Of a stretch of DNA of 64,000 nucleotides, positions 51,001 through 64,000 are shown in pieces. The translations under genes were made by a program, and so were the position numbers. Position 1 is the first letter of the stretch, and each line of letters starts with the position of its first letter. A model generated the notes under the pieces. The model was not told where the DNA came from. It searched no databases and saw nothing but the letters and a program-made list of their open reading frames with translations. This DNA comes from the human T2T-CHM13v2.0 reference genome, Homo sapiens: the NCBI RefSeq assembly GCF_009914755.1, contig NC_060937.1, one strand, 5' to 3'.

Positions 51001-51384
51001 CAATTATGTATTACTCTTGTTTTCTTCTCTTTTTTTATTTTCCCATTTTAGACAGTGAATCTATATTTGTTCAGTCATTAAAATGTGTTAAATATCTTAG
51101 TTAGCATGATGTTTGTTATTCACTGAAATATATGAAGGCAATTTCTAGGACAGATGAGAACAAAAATGCCACATAATCATGAGAATAAATTTTTAGACTT
51201 CTGTTTACCACAATTATAGAAATTAATTAACCTCAAGCAAGTAATTCAGTAGTAATAGAAATAGTTATCCAAATTAATATTTTTCATTTTCAAAACCATC
51301 TATGATGAGAAAATATTTGTCTATAATTCATTTATAATACAAGATTTTTATTGAAAAATTTTATTGTTAACACATTTTAAAAAT

Positions 51385-52870
51385 TAATATGTGGTTCAGT
51401 TTCTTTTTATGATGAAATAGTTTTAGCAGACCAATGCTACTGACAAAGTCAACAAGAAAAGCTGTATAAAATACCAACAAAAAAAAATATATTTGAAGGA
51501 ATGGGAATGCCGTTAAGGCAGCCAGTGCTTGAGAAACCCAGATCTCATAGGGAAAAGAAGCTGATTTGGGTGTGCAATTCTTCCCTCTCAGGCCATTTGC
51601 TGAATTTTACCCTGTGCAGGGAAAGAGGGTGAGAAGTTCAGCAGATAACTTGGATAGAAGAAGAGAAGATGTCAGAACTTTCTGGGTTCTTACAGGGTTG
51701 GAAGAAAATATAGAAGGTTGAGACTTTTAAAGCCACCAGCCCTTTTGGGTCATGACCTTGGAGACAAAGGAGGTGCGAAAAAGGGAGCCAGCTATTCCAC
51801 CCTGGTTTTTTTCTCCAAAGCATTTGCCAATTCAAGAACAGTGAAAGATTAGAGAATAAGAAGCCAAGAAGAAAGTGACTAACAAATTGATTAGAACTGG
51901 TGGGAGCGCTGGTGTGCTTGGAAAACAAATACTGAATTTCAACATCCATGAAGAAGCATGGACCTCATGTTCTTACAGAAGCGTATGGAAGTATTGGTGA
52001 ATCAGAGAGATCAAACCTAGCAAAGACTGCCACCTCCCTGGCATCAGCTCAGTCGCTGATTGGACTTGTGAGATCTACCCCTAATTTTGATGACTGCCAG
52101 ACAATAGGATAAATTATTTCAGGAGAATTATTACACCGTTCAGAGCTTCTACAGTGTCCTACATTCAATAAAAATATGTCCAAACAAACAAAACAAATAA
52201 GCAGACAACAACAAACTAGGACTGTTAGGAAATACAGATGATAGAAAGAGAAAGGTGAGACAGATATTGGAATTATCAAATATGTGTGATATATGTTTAA
52301 GAGAGGACAAGATATAGAATTCAAAAGATATTTAGAATCAGTAAAAGAATGCAGTAACTAAGATCGAGAACTCAAGTAGTGCGTTTAACACAGATTGGGC
52401 ATAACAGAAGAGAGAATTAGTCAAAACAAATAAGAGATAGACATTTAATGATGAAATATTTAAAGCTTTCTCCCAGTGATCGAGGACAAGGCAAGGATGC
52501 CTGATAGCACCACTTGTATTCATCATTGTTTTGGTGAACTTAGTCCATATATAAAGGCAAGAAAATTATAAAAAGACATAACAAATGGAAGGGAAGAAAT
52601 AAACTGTTATTGTTCACCAATGACATAAAGTAATTTCTGGAAAACCATTAAAATTATTAAATAAAGTTCATAGAAAATAAGAATATAAGAAAAAATTAGT
52701 TGTACAACTATCCTAGCAACAATGTTAGACATGAAAGAGTATATTCTGCATAATTCCAATTACAAAAATTTCAAAAATTGATCTACAGTAATAGAAGCTA
52801 GGTTAGTGGTGGAGTTGGTGGGGGACAGAAGAGGAAATCTGGGGGTGTTAGTAATATTATTTTCTTTCAC
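51385..52870 (+). mobile_element. Degraded old L1M fragments
   Basis: RT-region remnant taaagctttctcccagtgatcgaggacaaggcaaggatgcc...cacttgtattca and ttgttcaccaatgacat. Old L1 5'-like sequence lies upstream. Confidence 0.6.
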
Positions 52871-54600
52871 TTGAGTGTTAAATTGATCTGTTCACTTTAT
52901 GACAATTCATTGAGTCATGAATTCATGATTTGTGCATTTCTCTGTATATGCATGATAAGTGATACTAAGATTGACATACTAGGAATATGAGACATCTACA
53001 TAAGATTTTAAAGAGTGATAAGAGCCATAATTAAAATTATGATTAACACACTTTTATTCTTAATAAAGAGGAGTATGCATATGAATCAAGAAATTGGTAA
53101 TTTTAGTTTTAGAGTCTTGTTGGCTTTTAAACATCTGTTCACTTTTGTGGTTCACAGATATTCAATTTTTATTGAAATTTAAATGTGAAAACACATCTGT
53201 TTCTCTGATTCATATTTTTATGGTCAACTCTGAAATGAGACAGTTGTGAACTGAGAAATTATTCAAAACACAAGGGATGTGTCTTCCTATTATTTGTGAG
53301 GAGGAAGTACAATAAAGTCCTGAAATCAGCAACTTGCATTGGTGGCTTGTTTACATAAGGAATATATTAAATATTTCCTTTTCTACTGTGGATTTCTGTC
53401 TTTCTCAATTAGACTATAAGGTCAATGTAAGAAGGGTTCCTAAATAAATGATTAAAAAAATTAAAGTGTGAATAGCAGAGCTACATTTTGAATTAGAGAT
53501 TTTTAAAAATATTGTCAAGGTAAGGGACCTGCGGATGATATTTCTCATGGAAATCTATACTTGTTTAGATATTTTTTTTCCAGTCCAATGAGGTAATGTC
53601 TGATCGCCTAGATGCTTCTGTCACAACCTTAGCAAGGATCATGATTTCTCAATTGTATTGCTCAAGAGCCTTTGGCTGCTCTTACTGACCAGCCTATTAC
53701 TCATCTTGTACACTTTGATTTATGTATTCACCACACTACCTTCAAGGTAATCTGGCCAAAATTTTATTTTCTAATTTTTCAGCTTAAAGTTTATTAAGAC
53801 TTTAGGACACGTCTAGATTCCTTTCCTCTACCATACCCTCTTAGTTTCACTTCAAACCTCAGTGAAAGTGTGACCTTTTTCAAGAAGCTCTCAGGGCTGG
53901 AACCAGATATCTGTGATCTAGTTACATTTCCCACATTCTTACCACCTTGAGTTATAACATGTAGGATTATTTGTCTGCTCTGCCCAATAAAGTGTAAGAC
54001 ACCTGAGAAGGATTTAGAGTAAGAATAAAAGCAAGAGAGAGAGAGACTGAGAGAGATAATTAGCGTTTTTTTCTGAAAATGCATTGTCCTCTTAATGCTC
54101 ATGGTACTGTTGGGTCTCAGCTTTCTCATCAGATTCTAAAATGCTCAAAAACTTTTTGATTAAAGTAAATGTAATTGTTGCCCTGCACCGTGGTCTTATA
54201 TTTTCTCAGATATATACTAACAGCATTAGAAGCTGTACTTTACTTTCTTTCTTTTAGGAAGAATATTAAGTTAGTTTGTGTTTAAATGAACTAATTGTTT
54301 TGCAAATGTGTTTATAAGGAGATGATATACATTTTTTTTTCTTGTACCTTATGGTAAATACTTGAATGTTTGTATTATATATTTTCCCAGTATCTTCCTT
54401 TGACAGTAATTTTTATATCATGACCCTTATTTCATGTTGAAAAGCATAAATACATTCATGGTAATTGAAAATATTAATTACTTTTCTTTAGCATTTGTCC
54501 AAAATAAAAAGTAAGTATCACCAGTGATTTAAAATGCAAATTTTGAGAAATACAAAAATTGGATCAAGTTCTGGCTCCCCATCTGCTGGCCAGGTGACTT

Positions 54601-56057
54601 CTTTTTTTTCTTTTTTTTTTTTTTTAGTCAACTTTTAATTTCTAGGGTACATGTGCGGGATATGCAGGTTTGTTACATAGGTAAACATGTGCCATGGTGG
54701 TTTGCTGTACAGATCCGCCCATCACCTAGGTATTAAGCCAAGCACCCATTAGCTTTTCTTCCTGATGATATTCCTCCTCCCATGTCCCCCTTTTGACAGA
54801 CCCCAGTGTGTGTTCTGCTCCCCCACAGCCCACTGATATGTCCATGTGTTCTCATTGTTAAGCTCCTACTTATAAGTGAGAACGTGCAGTGTTTGGTTTT
54901 CTGTTCCTGTGGTAGTTTGCTGAGGATTATGGATTCCAGCTCCATCCATGTCCCTGCAAAGGACATGATCTTTTTCCTTTTTATGGCTGCATAGTATTTC
55001 ATGGTGTATGTGTACCACATTTTCTTTAGTCTATCATTGATGGGCATTTGGGTTGATTGCACGTCTTTGCTATTGTGAATAGTGCTACAGTGAACATATC
55101 CATGCATTTATCTTTATAGTAGAAGGAATTATATTCCTTTAGGTATATACCCAGTAATGAAATTGCTGGGTCAAAGGGTATTTATGCTTCTAGATCTTTG
55201 AGGAATCTCCACACTGTCTTCCACAATGGTTGAACTAATTTACACTCCCACCAACAGCGTAAAAGCATTCCTTTTTGTCTGCAACCTCTCCAGCATCTGT
55301 TGTTTCTTGACTTTTTAATAAAGGCTATTCTGACTGGTACGAGATGGTATCTCATTGTAGTTTTGATTTACGTTTCTCTAATGATCAGGGATGTTGACCT
55401 CTAATGATCAGTGATGTTGACCTTTTTTCGTATATTTGTTGGTCGCATGAATGTCTTATTTTGAGAAGTTTCTGTTCATGTCCTTTGCCCACTTTTTAAT
55501 GGGGTTGTTTGTTTTTTTCTTATAAATTTGTTTAAGTTCCTTGTAGACTCTGGATATTAGACCTTTGTCAGATGGATAGAAGGCAAAAATTTTTTCCCAT
55601 TCTGTAGGTTGTGTGTTCACTCTGATAATAGTTTCTTTTGCTGTCCAGATGCTCTTTAGTGTAATTAGATCTTATTAGTCAATTTTTGCTTTTGTTGCAA
55701 TTGCTTTTGACGTTTTCATCATGAAATTTTTGCCCGGGTCTATGTCCTAAATGGTATTACCTAGATTTTCTTCTAGGGTTTTTATAGTTTTGGGTTTTAC
55801 ATTGAAGTCTTTAATCCATCCTGAGTTAATTTTTATATAAGATGTAAGGAAGGGGTCCAGTTTCCATTTTCTGCGTATGGCTAGCCAATTCTCCCAGCAC
55901 CACTCATTAAGTAAGGAGTTCTTTCCCCATTGCTTGTTTTCGTCAGGTTTGTTGAAGATCAGATGGTTATAGATGTGCAGTCTTATTTCTGAGTTCTCTA
56001 TTCTGTTGCATTGGTCTATGTGTCTGTTTTGTACCAGTACCATGCTGTTTTGGTTAC
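54601..56057 (-). mobile_element. 5'-truncated L1PA (older, about L1PA8-11)
   Basis: Poly-T, 3' UTR and ORF2 remnants (ORFs 54733-55107 and 55747-56043). Flanked by ccaggtgactt and ccatgtgactt. Confidence 0.92.
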
Positions 56058-56067
56058 CATGTGACTT

Positions 56068-56327
56068 TTTAAAAAAAATTATTTATTTATTTATTTATTT
56101 TTAGAGACAGGATCTCACTCTGTAGTTCAGGCTACACTTTATCTTAGCCAAAAGACCAAGAAGTCATGTCGCCCAGGCTAGAGTGCAGTGGTGCATTCAT
56201 GGCTCACTGCAGCCTCAAACTCATGGACTCAAGAGATCCTCCTGCCGCAGCCTCCAGAGGATCTGGGCCTGCAGGTGCATGCCACCACACCTAGTTAATT
56301 TTTTTTTACATTTTTTCAGCAACAGGG
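56068..56327 (-). mobile_element. 5'-truncated AluJ-like element (right arm plus linker), interrupted by a U2 fragment
   Basis: (TTTA)n tail, agagacaggatctcactctg, gctcactgcagcctcaaactc and gatcctcctgcc. Confidence 0.88.
56132..56167 (-). pseudogene. 3'-truncated U2 snRNA retropseudogene (U2 nt 1-36)
   Basis: The reverse complement atgacttcttggtcttttggctaagataaagtgtag matches the U2 5' end ATCGCTTCTCGGCCTTTTGGCTAAGATCAAGTGTAG at 31/36. Duplicated Alu target tgtagttcaggcta / tgtcgcccaggcta. Confidence 0.88.
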
Positions 56328-56806
56328 TGGCCATGTGACCTTATGTAAGTTACCTAAACCCTGTAAGTCTATGTGCCTCATCTGAAAAACTGATAAAAAC
56401 AGAACCCTCTTTATAGGGTCATGGTGGAGAAGAATCAAACAGTGGACAAGGAATATTTAGTATAATGCCAGGAAACTAGTTGACTGGTCATAGTCACACA
56501 GATGCTTCAGGGCAGGCCTATTTCTTGCATACCTGTGATTTCAGGACATTTTCAGAAGTCCCAGACCTAGAACCCATAGGTGGAAAATCCAAATTTTTTG
56601 TCTGAGGACAATGAAGGTGTCAGTGAATATCTACTCCCTTACAAGAGCTTTGTTACAATTGTTCAAACCTATCAACTTCTAGATGGGGAAGACTGGAAGA
56701 AGGTTCAAGAAGTGTTTCCTCAGAAACACCCAAAATGCACGAGAAGGAAATAGACGCACCAAAGTTACCTCAATATAGTGATCATCACAGAATAAGAAAC
56801 TTGAGC

Positions 56807-57325
<519 letters not shown>

Positions 57326-57464
57326 TCAGGTGAATATTGGGATATCACTGATTTTATCAGATTCATTATATTTAAGAGTAAGAAGGAAGAAAAGTGGAAT
57401 TCTGGGATCATGAAGAGTTCAGAATAAATGGGAAAAGGAAATGCAGCACTAAAAACATGACCAA

Positions 57465-59150
<1,686 letters not shown>

Positions 59151-59827
59151 TGAAGGCGGGGATCTTGGCAAAGAGGAGAATTAATTCATCAAAGCACCCT
59201 GCCCTTGAAATCTCACCACACTGCTAGATTGAAACTAGATTGATGGCACAGAATGGGTGTTTTGTTTTATCTTATCTCTCTATTTTCTTATGTGGGAGGA
59301 GTGGACATATTGCAAAAAGCAGTTGCCAGACGTGCACATTTAAATGTACTGAAACGCAAGGTGATAGACAAGAAAAATTTAGTCAAATTTATGCATTAAT
59401 AATTTATCTTCAGAAAATGCAAATCCCTGTTGTAGTTATTTTCCTATTTCTACAAATGTAATTAAAGCATTGATAACACAGGGGAACCACAGCATCGGAA
59501 TTGAGAACAACCTGGTGTGAAAGAAAAGAAGTGTTGAAAATTTTAAGTTTCCCTCTCCTATGCTTTCTATTATTTCTGTGTGTAAACCCAATTTTCACTT
59601 CCCCTTTCTATGAAGCTAATGCTAGATCTTATCTCTTGACATTTAAAACATCCACTCTTCCTGCCAACATTCATTTGCTTCTCCATTGTTAAATCGGATA
59701 GTCACAACTCTGATGTGCTGTGTTGTAGTACCTGAGCTGATCGTATGGAGGCAGATCTTATGACGCTGGCCATTGCCACAAGTGATAATTGGCAATGCCC
59801 AAAGAGATGCTATGAAAGCCTTAATAT

Positions 59828-60592
59828 TGTTGACGAAAAGAGTCAAACTCTGTGAAATATTTGAAGAGATTTATTCTGAGCCAAATATGAGTCGCCATGG
59901 CCCATGACACAGCCTCAGGAGACCCTGAGAACATGTGTCGAAGGTACAGCTTGGTTTTATCTATTTTAGGATGGCGTGAGACATCAATCAAATACATTTA
60001 AGAAATACATTGATTTGGTTCAGAAAGGTGGCACAACTCAAAACGAGGTGGGGGAGGGGGGCTTCCTCGCTAAAGGTAAATTTAAACGTTTTCTGATTGA
60101 CAATTGGTTGAGTTTGTCTGAAGACCTGGGATATATAGAAAGGAAATGTTCAGATTAAGATAAGAGACTGTGGAGACCAAGGTTCTTTTGAAGTTTTATA
60201 GTGGCTGCCCTTAGAGACAAAAGATGTCAAAGGTTTCCCATTCAGATCTTTAAAAGGTGCTAGACTTTTAGTTAATCTCTTCAGGATTGGGAGAACCTGG
60301 AAGAAAAAGATCTAGCTGTTAGTAGAGATTCTTTACTGATGCAGTTTTCCCCCCACAAAGGACAGCTTTGCAGGTCCATTTCAACATATGGCAGGGAAAC
60401 ATGTTTTGGGCTAAAATATTTTGATTTTCTTCCTTGTTTTGTAATGTTATGCCTGAGTCAGAGTGGAAAGTAAGCCACAATATATAGGGTTAAATAAAAT
60501 CCATCTGATGAGAATTTATGGTTTGTAGGGCATGACTTTCTAGACAACTTAGGAACTTGGGCAAGATAAAAAAAATCAGAGCTTAGTCCTTA
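59828..60592 (-). mobile_element. ERV1 solo LTR (MER4E-like)
   Basis: tgttgacgaaaagagtcaaactctg...gatttattctgagccaaatatgagt...aaaaatcagagcttagtcct. 4-bp TSD atat at 59824-59827 and 60593-60596. Confidence 0.85.
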
Positions 60593-60934
60593 ATATCCAG
60601 AGAATATGATGCATTTTCATAAAAAAGTAAGGATCACCCACTTAACACTCTACCCTTTCAAAATCCACTCATATTGTAATTTGTTTGTAATAGGTGACAA
60701 TATTTTTCTTTCATTTATAGATAACTAATCTTCACCTTTATCAAACATGTCTTTCAAGAGTATGTAATACATCGATTGCAGCTCCAAGTCTACATCATCT
60801 GTTTTTGCATCCTTCTTATTTACTTATTTTTCTTTTTGTCAATAAAATACATCTTAAATATATAGTCAGGCTCCTCTTTAGCTCAAATAGTGTTGTTTTG
60901 TTTAATTAGACTGTGTTCCCAGTATTGCTTCTAT

Positions 60935-61060
60935 TTTTTTTTCTTTTTTTCTTTTTTTTTTTAATTATACTTTAAGTTTTAGGGTACATGTGCACATTGT
61001 GCAGGTTAGTTACATATGTATACATGTGCCATGCTGGTGCGCTGCACCCACTAACTCGTC
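60935..61060 (-). mobile_element. Extremely 5'-truncated young L1 (L1PA2/non-Ta L1HS-like)
   Basis: Sense strand gacgagttagtgggtgcagcgcaccagc...aactaacctgcacaatgtgcac...poly-A. Perfect TSD cagtattgcttctat at 60920-60934 and 61060-61074. Confidence 0.92.
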
Positions 61061-62042
61061 AGTATTGCTTCTATAGAAGGCTAGCCCAAATGCAGAGAGG
61101 AAAATGGCTTGACTTGGCCTTAAATATAATGAAGCTTGTACAGTGTGCATTGTGTTTTAAGTTTGAATATGAATGTAACTACTACATGTATTGTATTAAA
61201 TTAATGAACTTTTATTATGCTTAGCCCAGTGTATCCTCAGTTTTTAATTCAAGTTGCACAAAAATTTATTATTTTGCTTCTTGATAAAATGATTTATTAA
61301 TATTTTATTCAACCTCATTGTTTTAAGCTTTTCTGAAACATATTCCCTCTTTAATCAATGATGATATGCTAGCTTTAGGTAAGCGGTCTGATGTTAACAC
61401 ATATACAGAGAGTATAAAATTCCACTTGACTCCTCAAGTGCCCATCAAACATTTTTTTTAAAACTCTTTTGATACATCTTAGTCCCATTCTGCATTTTAT
61501 ATGGGTCCCATTCTTTGATTTTCATTTGTTTTATTACATTTGAGTCTCTTTACAAATTAGCTAAATATGCCCAAACTCTAATGGTGTTGTTGTAGATTTT
61601 TTAAAGTTACAAAATATTTTGAGATTGGTTTTCTACTTGTTGAAACTGGACTTCATATTGCAGGGTAATATTCCCCCATGGGGCCATCAGTATTCATAAA
61701 TCTATTTGATTTACATGTTGAACACTACATGTTCCGTAAAATACCTAGAATGCTGCACATGTGGATGAATATTAATGATTGTCTCTACAAATAATAAAGC
61801 AAAGAACAAATGACCTCTCTTTAATAATCTAGTGTTACAGCAGTCCTGAAAGAAGTGGGCAGAGCAAGGGTCCCCAGCCCTCACAGCTCTTCTTATCCTT
61901 TGGGTAGCACACAAGAGAAAGAAGTGCATTTGAGAGAGTTCATGAGCAATTTTAAAAGACTTCTGTAGGAAGATAGATGCTTTTATCCAAAAAATGGTCT
62001 ACTTACTGATTTAAGTGATTACATCTGCATTCTCTCTTCACT

Positions 62043-63584
62043 AGGAAAGAATGGCCAATTAATCAAACTTAAAGTAAATTCATCTACATTTGAAATTCTG
62101 TCAGGTATAATTCAAATGTGTACTTTGGCTGGTACCAAATATGTATGCTCCTTTTAAGAAACAATGCCATATTTTGGGATAAAGTTCAACTGCAATTTAA
62201 GTCATGAAAAAGGCTACTGGGAGAATGACCTTAATTAAAATAAATCATTTTCAAATTGTTCCTAACTAAAATATTTGTTATAATTTTAGATGAAATTATA
62301 TTGCATTGTTTACTCATATCTGGAAAAATAGGTGTAGTTAAAATACTAGAAGAAAATCAGTTGAAACATTAACAGTATTTGTTCCTAAAGCTATGTTTAA
62401 TAAGGAATTTTCTGCCTTCTACTTATGTGTTTTAAAAAAATTAAAGTGATCGTGTATTGCTTTAATATTATGTGTGTTGCTTTGATAATACTTTTTAAAT
62501 CAGTTAAATTATAATCTAAAATAAAAGGTGATTTTAGTGCATATACATGCATGTGTATGCATGTATATGCATATGTGTCTTATATACTTATATTAAAATT
62601 TTGAACTGGCAATTAGGGAAGTGGTTTTTTAAACTGGGATAATACATTTTAAAAATATGTAGTGGATGGGAATCTCAGGTAATGGCATAAAAGTGCTAAT
62701 GACCTGCACAAGCATTGAATGAAAGATGCAAATGAGCAGCTTAATGGAAAAAATATGAGGAACTTGGTGCTAAATCATTCACAGTCAACCTGTTTCTGGG
62801 CTGGGGTTTCCTAAGCAGCGGAGCACCTCCCTCACTACCGTCTATTGAAAGTCAGCTTTTAAACAATAATAGTAATAAATAATAAAAAATAATAAAAATA
62901 TACATATATCAAACAAACTTTGACACCATGGTGTACATTTTAGATAAATCAATATTTGTTAGACTACAGCACTAACAAGTTTCTATCTTAAACATTATAG
63001 TGACCCCTAATCAGGCCTTAGAGTGGTGATTGAATTTTTTTTTTTTTTTTTTTTTTTGAGGCGGAATCTCGCTCTGTTGCCCAGGCTGGAGAGCTGGAGT
63101 GCAGTGGGGCGATCTCAGCTCCTCAGCTCACTGCAACCTCTGCCTCCCATGTTCAAGGGATTCCCCCTGCCTCAGCCTCCAGAGTCTACTTAAAACACAT
63201 AAATAGAAGGCAGAAAATTCCTTATTAAACATAGCTTTAAGAACAAATACTGTTAATATTTCAATTGATTTTCTTCTAGTATTTTAACTACACCTATTTT
63301 TCCAGATATGAGTAAACAATGAGATATAATTTCATCTATAATTATAACAAATATTTTAGTTAGGAACAATTTGAAAATGATTTATTTTAATTAAGATCGT
63401 TCTCCCAGTAGCCTTTCTCAAGACTTAAATTGTGGTTGAACTTCATCCCAAAATATAGTATTATTTCTTAAAAGGAGCAAGTATATTTGGTACCAGCCGA
63501 AGTATACATTTGAATTATTCCTGCGACAGAATTTCAAATGTAGATTAATTTACTTTAAGCTTGATTAATTGGCCATTCTTTCCT
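62043..63584. repeat. About 395-bp inverted duplication (62043-62435 versus 63190-63584)
   Basis: 63190-63584 is the reverse complement of 62043-62435, with about 25 substitutions and one 2-bp indel by manual alignment. Confidence 0.97.
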
Positions 63585-63756
63585 GTAGCTGGGACTACAG
63601 GCATGTGCCACCGCACCTGGCTAATTTTTTGTATTTTGAGTAGAGGTGGGGTTTCACCGTGTTAGCCAAGATGGTCTTGATCTCCTGACCTCGTGATCCA
63701 CCCACCTCAGCCTCCCAAAGTGCTGGGATTACAGGTGTGAGCCACCGCACAGGTCC
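63035..63756 (-). mobile_element. Single AluS split in two (63035-63185 and 63585-63756) by the inverted duplication
   Basis: The Alu stops at ctcagcctccagagt and resumes at gtagctgggactacagg. Degenerate TSD tggtgattgaattttt / tggtgaggtaattttt. Confidence 0.92.
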
Positions 63757-64000
63757 TGGTGAGGTAATTTTTAAGTAACTATGTATCTGTTCATATGTAA
63801 GTATATGTGTGTAGGAGTGCAGATGCCAGTGTGTTTGGACCTCTGGGGAAGGAGAGGGTAAGCAAGAGATATGATGCAACTCAGCCTCAGATGAGCTCAA
63901 TCACTCACAGAATTAATTAAGGTAATTGACCCTCATTCACTTCTGGGTTCCTCAATAACAGCACTACTAACATTTTGGACCAAATAATTATTTGCTGTGG

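Noticed and set aside
55376-55421. 23-bp tandem duplication inside the L1
   Set aside because: Most likely a neutral post-insertion slippage event.

Overview
This is primate (human-like) genomic DNA from inside the ITGBL1 (integrin beta-like 1/TIED) gene, which lies on the + strand. There is one 147-bp coding exon (1379-1525) encoding an integrin-type Cys-rich EGF-like repeat. The rest of the window appears to be intron filled with L1, Alu, MaLR/ERV solo LTRs, L2/MIR, DNA-transposon relics and simple repeats. All other ORFs in the track are L1 ORF2 remnants, Alu or microsatellite artefacts, or unrecognised chance ORFs. I found no new protein-coding system. The notable signals are structural: (1) a ~395-bp inverted copy of nearby unique DNA inserted into an Alu, making a long non-TE inverted repeat; (2) a two-tailed chimeric L1 bounded by one TSD; (3) a 49-bp unique inverted repeat around a 1.3-kb TA-rich array; (4) a tailless U2 snRNA fragment in a four-layer MIR/Alu/U2/L1 nest; (5) a local 87-bp templated duplication; (6) a very short young L1. 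Repeat subfamily names come from remembered consensus sequences, not database searches. Identity counts are manual.
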